NCBI GenBank assembly: GCA_964483135.1
Contig: CAZAAJ010000002.1
Span: 6,511-70,510 of the forward strand
DNA: 64,000 nucleotides
From: an uncultured Anaerolinea sp.
GTDB lineage: Bacteria > Chloroflexota > Anaerolineae > Anaerolineales > Anaerolineaceae
Direction: 5' to 3'
Made by a program: the position numbers and the translations under genes. Below are positions 44,972-53,347 of the stretch, in pieces; within the stretch, counting starts at the first letter, position 1; every line of letters starts with the position of its first letter. The notes beneath the pieces are model-generated. The model saw only the letters and a list, made by a program, of their open reading frames with translations. It was not told where the DNA came from and made no database searches.

Positions 44972-45961
44972 TTAATTATTGTACCAATGAAAGATTTGAT
45001 TATAAACTTTCATCAAAAAACCTTTTATTAAGTAGGAATCTAAAATTTTCCTAAATAAATACTTCCAGCCATGATTCGTTGGTTTACTTTTTACACTGAA
45101 TTTATTCGGCACTTTATTACTCATGTTCATTGCAAAAGGTTCCGGAACCATTAAACGTAAGAATCCTGCCTTGTCCATTAACTCATCTAATTGAAGCACC
45201 TGCCCCATAGGTCGATCCATTTTAAAAGGTAAGAACTTAGATATGATATCCTTTCGAGTGGCAAATTGCCAATGAGAAGCTCCCACTTGTGCTGTTACAC
45301 CCTTATAAGTTAACCTAATATCATTGGTTGTTTCATATCTTTGGCGAATTTCAGTTTCGGGAACACCTAAGCTCAAATTAAATTCAAGGAAAGTATGCCA
45401 AGGAATAAATTGCCCTGTCTTTACTGTAACCTCTGGATTATTTGTCGCCCATTTCAAGGTGCTTGCATATAAATTTCCCCGAGTTCGAAATGGTCTTGCA
45501 GTAACCATCCCCGTGGACGGATAGGTTTCAAGAATTTCCATCGTTCGCTCAAGCCATCCGGAGTGAAAAAGCACATCGCTATCTGAATAAACAATAATTT
45601 CACCAGGAGCACTCGTAAAGATCAAATTCCAAGCACCTCCTTTTCCTAAATTCTTTTTAGAAAGAAATAAATACTGGATCTTCTCATTTCGATGCTGCAT
45701 TAACAACCAATCTTGAACCTCTTTACAAGAGCCATTATCGAAAACCATAAGGTCGACAGGGATTTGTGTGTTTTTCTTTATGGAGTCAAGATTGATTTTT
45801 AATACTTCTAAAGTCTCAGAATAGAAACCACTCAAGAAAGGAATGAAGTTTAAAACGCAAACAGTAATACGTTCTGGGGTAGTTATAGAAGCGAGGGATT
45901 CTACTGGGTTTTGATAATTTTTCATGTCATTATTTGTTTTTGTAACAATGCTTTTTCTCAT
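44972..45961 (-). CDS. Glycosyltransferase family 2
   Basis: Start placed at the ATG at 45961 (MRKSIV), clear of the upstream gene stop at 45987; 45925 is also possible. GT-A signature VFDNGSCKEV...YSDSDVLF. Low-GC. Confidence 0.72.
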   Translation of the reverse strand: MRKSIVTKTNNDMKNYQNPVESLASITTPERITVCVLNFIPFLSGFYSETLEVLKINLDSIKKNTQIPVDLMVFDNGSCKEVQDWLLMQHRNEKIQYLFLSKKNLGKGGAWNLIFTSAPGEIIVYSDSDVLFHSGWLERTMEILETYPSTGMVTARPFRTRGNLYASTLKWATNNPEVTVKTGQFIPWHTFLEFNLSLGVPETEIRQRYETTNDIRLTYKGVTAQVGASHWQFATRKDIISKFLPFKMDRPMGQVLQLDELMDKAGFLRLMVPEPFAMNMSNKVPNKFSVKSKPTNHGWKYLFRKILDSYLIKGFLMKVYNQIFHWYNN

Positions 45962-45986
45962 AGTGAATTTATAGGAAATATCAATT

Positions 45987-46907
45987 CTAAAGGTTACCTT
46001 TTGTAAACGCTTTACGTAATTTCGAATACACCTGCTTAGGATGCAACAATAAAAAGAAAATCTCTGCAAGTTTTAACGAATGCATTTTGATCATTGGGAA
46101 GATTTCCAATTCGCGAATAAATCTTCGTCCGGTGAGCGGCTTTTTACTGATACCCCGCGGTGAAAGGTAGTAATTGGCATCAGGTAACCGGAAGTTGGTA
46201 CGATTGCCCCCCGCCAGTCGGATATTTTCATCGGTTTCCGGCAGACGATAATGTGGTTTTCCCTCCGGCAGGTGGCTGTAATCATGGTCCTGGTGAATGA
46301 CCTGGATTAAACCCGTGGCATCAATGGTCGTCCAACCGTGCTGCCGTGATTCGTAGATCATCCAATTATCCCAGCCGGCACGCCCGATGGCAAAATCCGG
46401 GATATGTTCAAAACAGTCCCTCGAGTAGATGAAATAATCGCTGCCCATGGGTTTATGCAGCCTGCCGCGGGAGGCACAATCCTGGCGTAACCTTTCCTGC
46501 CAGCCATCCGAAAAAGCCAACTCTTCCCGTACATCCAAATCCCAGCGCTGCCCGACCAGCAAAAAGCGTGGAGCCAGTGCCATTACGCGTTTCGCCTGGG
46601 TTACAAAATCCGGCAGCAGTAGGATATCCGCGTTCACGTAGGCCAGCAGCGGCGAATCATTGAATTCTCGGGCAGTATGAAAAAGCGAACTGATCAAGGG
46701 GGTTCCGCTGGCATTCTTTTTTATCGCAGAAATGTGCTTAACCCCCAATTTTGCTGAGTTCTCAGCGAGTCCCTCCTCATCGCCCAGAACCAGGATCTCC
46801 ACTTCATCCCCTAGCGCGATCCACGAGCGGATGGCATTACGCTGGATCACGGCGATATGCGGATTCGTGAATGGTTTGGGAGCAGTGAAGAGGGTGAGGA
46901 TTTTCAT
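45987..46907 (-). CDS. Hypothetical protein, GT-A-like glycosyltransferase suspected
   Basis: 306 aa. MKILTLFTAPKPF... with YVNADILLLPDF as a DxD-like segment. The last ~30-40 codons lie in low-GC DNA at the island junction. Confidence 0.45.
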   Translation of the reverse strand: MKILTLFTAPKPFTNPHIAVIQRNAIRSWIALGDEVEILVLGDEEGLAENSAKLGVKHISAIKKNASGTPLISSLFHTAREFNDSPLLAYVNADILLLPDFVTQAKRVMALAPRFLLVGQRWDLDVREELAFSDGWQERLRQDCASRGRLHKPMGSDYFIYSRDCFEHIPDFAIGRAGWDNWMIYESRQHGWTTIDATGLIQVIHQDHDYSHLPEGKPHYRLPETDENIRLAGGNRTNFRLPDANYYLSPRGISKKPLTGRRFIRELEIFPMIKMHSLKLAEIFFLLLHPKQVYSKLRKAFTKGNL

Positions 46908-47662
46908 TTCTTTTCCACGTCATACATGGTCTTATGAGCCACAGAAGAATTAATCTTCGCAAGGGAAGGGTCCTGGAGGAAGAGCGCTAATACTTCGCGC
47001 CATGAAAAGTCATTGCGGTTTTGCATGCGTTTAAGAACTTCCCTCAACAATGCCAGGTCTTCAGGGGTATCCAGTGTCCAGCGCAAGCTGCCGTAATCGA
47101 CATCGTTTTGTAATTGTTTTACTTTGAATCGGCCCGGCACTTCATACAAATAAGGCATCACATGTTCGCGGTCATGTTTGGCGGTAGCGTTCTTCCACGC
47201 GGTTTCCAGCGCTTTGAAAGTACAGACTTCCACATCCAGCCCGATTGGATAGGTGCGCCTAAAGGGGGGAGGCAGCCGGTTGCAGGAAAAATCTACAGGG
47301 GAGTCGAGTAAGACGTTAACCACCTGGTCAATCAACTCCGGGTCGATCAGCGGGCAATCGCCTGTTAGACGCACCACAAAATCCGCTTTGTATTCTGATG
47401 CGCATTGAAAATAACGATCAAGCACATCCGGCAGGCTGCCACGAAAGACTGGCGTTCCCAATTTGCGGCATAATACAACAATTGGCTCATCTGAAGGATC
47501 GGTTGTGGTGGCCACAACTGTCTCCGTCACAGTTTCAGAGCGCTTCACCCGCTCGATCATGCGCTCCAGCACCGGGTAGCCGCCCAGGTCCAGCAGCACT
47601 TTGCCGGGCAACCGCGTGGAACTCATGCGTGCCTGGATGATGGCAATAACGCGCTTCTTCAT
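46904..47662 (-). CDS. SpsF/PseF-type cytidylyltransferase (CMP-NulO synthetase paralogue 4, COG1861-like)
   Basis: Start at the ATG at 47662 (MKKRVIAIIQARMSSTRLPGKVL), in an ATGA overlap with the upstream stop. The RLTGDCPLIDP motif is typical of SpsF/FlmC/PseF-like enzymes. Confidence 0.8.
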   Translation of the reverse strand: MKKRVIAIIQARMSSTRLPGKVLLDLGGYPVLERMIERVKRSETVTETVVATTTDPSDEPIVVLCRKLGTPVFRGSLPDVLDRYFQCASEYKADFVVRLTGDCPLIDPELIDQVVNVLLDSPVDFSCNRLPPPFRRTYPIGLDVEVCTFKALETAWKNATAKHDREHVMPYLYEVPGRFKVKQLQNDVDYGSLRWTLDTPEDLALLREVLKRMQNRNDFSWREVLALFLQDPSLAKINSSVAHKTMYDVEKK

Positions 47663-48756
47663 GCCCTTTCCCTTCGCAACTCTATCGCCTTCTCGTAAGC
47701 CTGCAGCAATACGGGAAAATTCTTTGACCAATCTGCCCGTTCTTCAGCCAATACCCGGTTTCGCTGCCGCATCTCATTAACCTCAGGGGAATCCTTATCA
47801 AACTTAACCATGAATCCCGCCAGATCCTCAGCGTTCCCGGTCGTAAACCGCCATCCGTTTACACCTTGTTCAATCCACTCAGCATTGCCAGGAATATTGC
47901 TCACCAATGCCGGAAGACCACACGCCAGTGCTTCCATCAGGGAGACTGAAGCCCCATCGCTGTGGGATCCGCTGATATACAGATCAGCGCTTCGGTAAAC
48001 ATCAGGGAGATTCTCTAAGGCTGCAACTCCGCCAAAATGGACTTTATCTGACAGCCCCGCTTCAGCAACCAACTTCCGCAATAACCCTTCCCGTGACCCT
48101 TTGCCAAAGACCTTCAGGCGCAGGTCAGGGCGTTTTTCGGCAGCGATGGTGAATGCCTGAATAATGCAATCCACGTCATAGAGTTTCTCGAATGAACGCA
48201 TGGAGAGCAGCACTGTGTTTTCCTGCCACCCAAGTTCATCCTGCAAATTTCGAGATCCGGCAGGGGAAAAATGAAACAGGTCTACGCCCCAGGGAAATTG
48301 AAAATACGGACCTTTAAAGCCATACTTTCGGGCTTTTTCCAGGATACACTTCGAGTCGCCCACCAGCACATCCGTTTGAGAGAGGGTAAAGCGAGTGATG
48401 CGCCGGGTCTGAAAGCTGCGCTCAGCCTCCAGCATCAGGTCAGAGCCCCACGACATGGTCACCAACGGGTGTATGAGATTCACGGCAGCCAGGTATGCTG
48501 GTCCCTGCACCGGACCGGCATGAACGACATCGGGCTTTATTGATTCGATCACCTTTTTTAACTTTGGAGCTTGCAACTGAATTATGAACAAACTTTTTTT
48601 AACCGGTTCCCAATTTACGGGAGTAACTTTCACTGGCCACCCGGTAACAATTCCCTGCAAGGACAAAATAAACACTTCGTGCGGTGTTTGTGCAAGTGAC
48701 GCTGCAAATCGCAGGTCGTGAGAAGTTTGTCCGTTGGTCAAGTACAGGATGCGCAT
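47659..48756 (-). CDS. Glycosyltransferase family 4 (GT-B, retaining type)
   Basis: 365 aa. The C-terminal EX7E-like region is SHSDGASVSLMEALACGLPALVSNIPGNAEWIEQGVNG. Confidence 0.85.
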   Translation of the reverse strand: MRILYLTNGQTSHDLRFAASLAQTPHEVFILSLQGIVTGWPVKVTPVNWEPVKKSLFIIQLQAPKLKKVIESIKPDVVHAGPVQGPAYLAAVNLIHPLVTMSWGSDLMLEAERSFQTRRITRFTLSQTDVLVGDSKCILEKARKYGFKGPYFQFPWGVDLFHFSPAGSRNLQDELGWQENTVLLSMRSFEKLYDVDCIIQAFTIAAEKRPDLRLKVFGKGSREGLLRKLVAEAGLSDKVHFGGVAALENLPDVYRSADLYISGSHSDGASVSLMEALACGLPALVSNIPGNAEWIEQGVNGWRFTTGNAEDLAGFMVKFDKDSPEVNEMRQRNRVLAEERADWSKNFPVLLQAYEKAIELRRERA

Positions 48757-48768
48757 CGTATTTGCTGC

Positions 48769-49839
48769 TTATTCGCCCAGGTCAGCCCAGCGAATTTCCT
48801 TCCCAAATGGAAGATCTTTGAGAGCGTGGGTGCCAATGACCTGGTTGATCTCTGCCGGTTTGACGGCACCGGCGGTTGCCGGTCTCAACACTTCCAGCAT
48901 CTCGCGGGTGATCTTCTCCCCTGCTTTGATATCCCGCGCCGCGCGCACACAGCGCCGTTGCACGATCGAAGTATCCTTCTCATTAGCAGTGATGAATTTA
49001 TCCGCTGAACCCAATGCTTTTTCAAGTTCACGGGTGCGGTCCACCATCTCACGCCAGGTAAGCGGGGTCATACTGAAGGGGTGATCCGGTCCGGTACGGG
49101 TGGTGTCATCGGTGAAATGTTTTTCGATCACCCTCGCGCCCAGCGCTATCGCGCCGAGCACGGTGGCATGTCCGTGTGTGTGGTCAGACAACCCCAATTT
49201 TACCTGCGGGAACATGGTATGGTAGGTGTTCAATACCCGCAAATTAATATTCTCAAAATTGACCGGACTTGCTGTGTAATTGGTGTTGCACTGCAGCAGC
49301 ACCACCTGCGGATTGATCGCCAGCAGGGTGTGCACTGCGCGCTGTACATCGCCAATTTCCGCTGCACCGGAAGAAACGATCACCGGCTTGCCCTTACGGG
49401 CAATGTACTCCAGCATTTCCAGCCAGTCCACATCACCTGAGCCGATCTTGTGTGCCGGCACAAACGGATCGAGGTAGTCCACCGCTTCAAAATCATAAGG
49501 AGAGGAGAAATAGTCAATGCCCACCCGGTCGCATTCTTCTTTCAACACCGGAGTCCAATCAAAGGGGATGGAGGCATCGGAGTAAACCTGGAATACAGAT
49601 TTTTTCCAGGTCGCCTGGTGCGAGACCTGACCTTTCATGGCAGTGAAACCATAATCGGAAACAATCTTTGCCGCCCTGAAGTTCTGGAACTTGGCAGCGT
49701 CCGCGCCGGCTTCTTTTGCCAAGCGGATCAGTAATTTGGCGCGTTCCAGGTCACCATCATGATTGGCGGAAATATCCGCAATGAAATAGGTTGGGTGATT
49801 TTCGCCGATCAAATGCTTGCCGATTTTTACTTCCATCAA
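48769..49839 (-). CDS. NeuB-family nonulosonic acid synthase (PseI/LegI-like), full length with SAF domain
   Basis: 356 aa. FIADISANHDGD, DAAKFQNF, SSGAA and GLSDHT, plus C-terminal SAF (RCVRAARDIKAGEKITREMLEVLRP). Confidence 0.88.
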   Translation of the reverse strand: MMEVKIGKHLIGENHPTYFIADISANHDGDLERAKLLIRLAKEAGADAAKFQNFRAAKIVSDYGFTAMKGQVSHQATWKKSVFQVYSDASIPFDWTPVLKEECDRVGIDYFSSPYDFEAVDYLDPFVPAHKIGSGDVDWLEMLEYIARKGKPVIVSSGAAEIGDVQRAVHTLLAINPQVVLLQCNTNYTASPVNFENINLRVLNTYHTMFPQVKLGLSDHTHGHATVLGAIALGARVIEKHFTDDTTRTGPDHPFSMTPLTWREMVDRTRELEKALGSADKFITANEKDTSIVQRRCVRAARDIKAGEKITREMLEVLRPATAGAVKPAEINQVIGTHALKDLPFGKEIRWADLGE

Positions 49840-49856
49840 GTCCTCCTTACCTAAAA

Positions 49857-50774
49857 CTAGGCGAGTGAACGGATCATTTGCGGAAAGCCGTGCCGGTACT
49901 GGCTGTGGAATTTTTCCAATCCCTGCGCGAATGCCGGCAGCGGATGACCCAGAGCTTGAGCCAGTTTGCCGGTTGAAAGCGTCAGGTTGGGTGAACGCGC
50001 GGCAGTCAATCCGCCATCTGAAACAGAAGCAGTGTGAACCAGTGAATCATCAAAACCAAACTGACGAGCGATCGCCGCGCCAAATTGATACTTCGACATG
50101 CTTTCTGGTCCAACCATGTGATATAGACCCGAAAGGTCTTTTTCGACAGATTCCACCAGGGTTACAGCCAGGTCGAGCACCATCATCGGGCAGAACAGGA
50201 TATCCGTAAAGCCCTTAACCACTTTACCCTCAGAAAGGTTGTTAACAAAGAATTCCGCCAGGCTGCGGGTACCGCTGAGGCTCCAGCCGTAAAAGTTCAC
50301 TCTTGCCACCAGCGCTTGCGGGTTTGCGGAGAGGACTGCGAGTTCACCATCACGCTTTGTCCGGGCATAAACGCTCAAGGGATTGGGTTGATCAGTTTCT
50401 ACGTAATTCCCTTTTTGCCCGTCAAAAACTGCGTCCGTTGAAATATGGACCATTTTGATAGCATGTTTTTTCGCGACCTCTGCGATTTCACCGGGCAGGT
50501 CCGCGTTCACCCGCTGTGCATCCAATGGTCGTTTTTCGCAATCATCCACATTGGCCATGGCAGCGCAATGCAGGATAACTTCCGGCTTGATCTCCTCCAC
50601 CAGTTTCTCAATGATCCCGGTCTCTGTCAGGTCAGCCTGGTGCGTCTTGAAGTTGATCCAACTTAAAGGATTGCGGTTATCCACCCCGGTCACCTGGTGT
50701 TGGCGGCCATCCACTGCCAGGGCAAAATTTAACCCCAGCAAACCGGATGCACCAGTGACCATGAAACTGCTCAT
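49857..50774 (-). CDS. RmlD-type (dTDP-4-dehydrorhamnose reductase-like) NAD(P)-dependent sugar 4-ketoreductase
   Basis: 305 aa. VTGASGLLG, STDAVFDG and YARTK (the YxxxK catalytic motif). RmlD_sub_bind architecture. Confidence 0.8.
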   Translation of the reverse strand: MSSFMVTGASGLLGLNFALAVDGRQHQVTGVDNRNPLSWINFKTHQADLTETGIIEKLVEEIKPEVILHCAAMANVDDCEKRPLDAQRVNADLPGEIAEVAKKHAIKMVHISTDAVFDGQKGNYVETDQPNPLSVYARTKRDGELAVLSANPQALVARVNFYGWSLSGTRSLAEFFVNNLSEGKVVKGFTDILFCPMMVLDLAVTLVESVEKDLSGLYHMVGPESMSKYQFGAAIARQFGFDDSLVHTASVSDGGLTAARSPNLTLSTGKLAQALGHPLPAFAQGLEKFHSQYRHGFPQMIRSLA

Positions 50775-51778
50775 TAGAGTTTCCCTGCCAGGTAGTCAGC
50801 TTCAATGGGAGCAATGATGCTCTTGATCTGGTCAACACTCAGCCACTGGGTATTGGTGTTGGAGGCATAGCGGAAACCATCTTTGAGCAAACTGCCCCTG
50901 GCTTCCCAATCCCGTCCGAACCACAGCGTTTCTGCCGGCTGCACCACATACATATCCGGCATTTCCACGGTCTGGCGCGCTTCATCTTCAGAGATGAGCA
51001 CTTCATGCAATTTTTCGCCAGGGCGTATGCCAATGTTGTCGATCTGTGCATCTGGAGCAATTGCTTTTGCCAGGTCAAAAATCGTGCAGCTGGGAATCTT
51101 GGGGACAAACACCTCTCCGCCGTACATGTTTTCAGCGGCACGGATGACAAAACGGACCCCCTGTTCCAGGCTGATCCAAAATCGTGTCATGCGGTTATCG
51201 GTGACGGTTACCTTGCCGGTCTGGCGCTGTTTGAGGAACACGGGCACCACCGATCCACGGCTGCCAACAACATTGCCGTAACGTACACAGGCAAATCGCA
51301 CCTCGCGTCCGCCGGCATAAGCATTGGATTGAACAAAGAGTTTCTCGGCTGCCAGTTTTGTTGCCCCGTAGAGATTCACCGGGTTGACTGCTTTATCGGT
51401 GCTGAGTGCCACCACCCGGCTGACATCGGAATCAATGGCAGCATCGATGACATTGCTGCTGCCAAGGATATTGGTCTTGATAGCTTCCATGGGGTTGTAT
51501 TCACAGGCAGGCACCTGCTTGAGGGCAGCGGCGTGAATGACCACATCCACCCCATCAAAGGCGCGTTTGCAGCGCTCCTTATCGCGGACATCTCCAATGA
51601 AATAACGCAGAGACGGATGATTGTATCCAGCTGATTGCATTTCATGCTGTTTGAGCTCATCACGGCTGAAAACAATTACCTTGGAAGGATGATATTCATC
51701 CAGCATGACGCGGATGAACTTTTTTCCAAAAGATCCTGTTCCACCCGTAACCAGAACGACTTTTTTTGACCAATCCAT
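50774..51778 (-). CDS. pseB: UDP-N-acetylglucosamine 4,6-dehydratase, PseB/FlaA1 (or FnlA/WbjB/CapE) type
   Basis: 334 aa. Nearly collinear with H. pylori FlaA1 as recalled: TGGTGSFGK, SRDELKQ, IGDVRD, HAAALKQVP, STDKAVNP.NLYGATKL, VRYGNVVGSRGSVVP, RMTRFWI, GGE.FVPKIPS and IRPGEKLHE. Confidence 0.85.
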   Translation of the reverse strand: MDWSKKVVLVTGGTGSFGKKFIRVMLDEYHPSKVIVFSRDELKQHEMQSAGYNHPSLRYFIGDVRDKERCKRAFDGVDVVIHAAALKQVPACEYNPMEAIKTNILGSSNVIDAAIDSDVSRVVALSTDKAVNPVNLYGATKLAAEKLFVQSNAYAGGREVRFACVRYGNVVGSRGSVVPVFLKQRQTGKVTVTDNRMTRFWISLEQGVRFVIRAAENMYGGEVFVPKIPSCTIFDLAKAIAPDAQIDNIGIRPGEKLHEVLISEDEARQTVEMPDMYVVQPAETLWFGRDWEARGSLLKDGFRYASNTNTQWLSVDQIKSIIAPIEADYLAGKL

Positions 51779-51812
51779 GGCAACCTCATCAATAACAGAA
51801 TATTTGGTTTAC

Positions 51813-53312
51813 TTATTTACCCGTCAGGCGATTCCGCATATCACGCAGAAAATAATACATCCTGGTGTCTGTGATTTTTCTGGTAGGAAGCTTTCTATGC
51901 GGGGTGTAAGGAAACTCCGCCAGCTCCGGCCATAGATACGCTGTAATGCGCTGCTGGGCAATATGGTTGGGATAGGAGCGGTATTTAGGGTCGATCCCCA
52001 GCATGATGGTGAAGAACTTGCGGCAATTGAATAGAGTGAATTCCTGCTGCGCGAGGTTGAATACGGCATACCCCAGGTCGTACCAGTTACCAACCTCGAT
52101 CTCCCACGAAAGCAAGTCCAGCAGTTTGACACCGTATTTCTCCGCATAGGGTTTGGCTTCCTCTAGCCAGGTACGCAGGTTGTTTACCACCAGCGGTGCA
52201 TCGCCTAATGCCATCAGGGCAACAATATCCTTCAAGGTTACCTTTGGTGGATGAATCCCTACCCCAAAGTAGCGGCAGCGCATGATCTCGGATATAGTTC
52301 CCTTCAGGATGACCTGATCAGATGGAATATTTTTGATCCTGCCAGCCACGATATCCACCCAGTCGACTTTCAATCCTTTCACATTGCGCTGGTAAAGCTC
52401 ACGGATGTCCTCATCTGCGGGCAACCGACAGTCATACACTGTATGTTTGAAGCCAATCTTCTTTGCCATTTGCACCGGTACGAACACATCATCGCTGTCT
52501 TCAGTGAGATTGCGATACAGCAGTGAATAGACCGGAATATCTGTAATGAAGTCTTTGCAAGCGGAAAATACCAGGCGACTATCAAGCCCTGAGGACAGAG
52601 AAACTGCAAGGCGGAAGCGGTTATGAGCGCTGGTCAGCAGCCCTTTGAGCATTTTACCGACCACAGGGATCGAACTCTCAAAATCCTGTTTCTCCAGTTT
52701 TTGATACGGCCAGAATCGTTTCGCCTGATTCGCTTTGAAATCGAAAAGATGGTTTGGAAGGAGCTGTTTAACTTCAGCATACGGGCTGGATTCCCCCGGC
52801 CACCAGGCTTCGTGCCGTTCCTTGAACCGCGGTGAGTTGGTGTACTCAAGCGACTCTTTCGACTCAACAAAACCCAGTTGCTCAGCCAGCAGCCCGGGCT
52901 GCGTGGACATCCAAACGTGCCTGTCGGCATCCACGTGGTAGAACAGGGTCAGAGTTCCACCCGCGTCCGGGAATACCAGGTCTGCACCATGCCCGGAAAG
53001 GAAGAGCAGCCAGCGACCACCTAAAGCATCTGTTAAACGGATGAATTCATCCGCACTGACTGCTGCCAGGCATAAACGAGTTAAGATCGCCTTGTCATCG
53101 TCCTGCGGACGCTCAGGATCCAAAAGGAAACCCAGCAATATCACCGAGAATCCATTTTCATTTAGTGTGACAACATTGAGGTCCGGATGAGCAGAAAGCC
53201 ATCCCTTTCCCTCAACGCGGAAATGCTTCCAGTCCGGCAGCTCGATCTTCTTCTGCCCCAGGAAATATTGACCGCGATACAATAGCTTTTCAAAACTGGT
53301 CTTTTCTGTCAT
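51813..53312 (-). CDS. Asparagine-synthase-like / PP-loop ATP-pyrophosphatase domain protein (possible sugar amidotransferase)
   Basis: 499 aa. The central SLSSGLDSRLV resembles the SGGxDS PP-loop of AsnB / N-acetyl-sugar amidotransferases. The N-terminal half lacks an obvious catalytic Cys2. Confidence 0.5.
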   Translation of the reverse strand: MTEKTSFEKLLYRGQYFLGQKKIELPDWKHFRVEGKGWLSAHPDLNVVTLNENGFSVILLGFLLDPERPQDDDKAILTRLCLAAVSADEFIRLTDALGGRWLLFLSGHGADLVFPDAGGTLTLFYHVDADRHVWMSTQPGLLAEQLGFVESKESLEYTNSPRFKERHEAWWPGESSPYAEVKQLLPNHLFDFKANQAKRFWPYQKLEKQDFESSIPVVGKMLKGLLTSAHNRFRLAVSLSSGLDSRLVFSACKDFITDIPVYSLLYRNLTEDSDDVFVPVQMAKKIGFKHTVYDCRLPADEDIRELYQRNVKGLKVDWVDIVAGRIKNIPSDQVILKGTISEIMRCRYFGVGIHPPKVTLKDIVALMALGDAPLVVNNLRTWLEEAKPYAEKYGVKLLDLLSWEIEVGNWYDLGYAVFNLAQQEFTLFNCRKFFTIMLGIDPKYRSYPNHIAQQRITAYLWPELAEFPYTPHRKLPTRKITDTRMYYFLRDMRNRLTGK

Positions 53313-53347
53313 TTTTCCTCCTTTTCTTAAGGAAAATAAAGGTAGCC

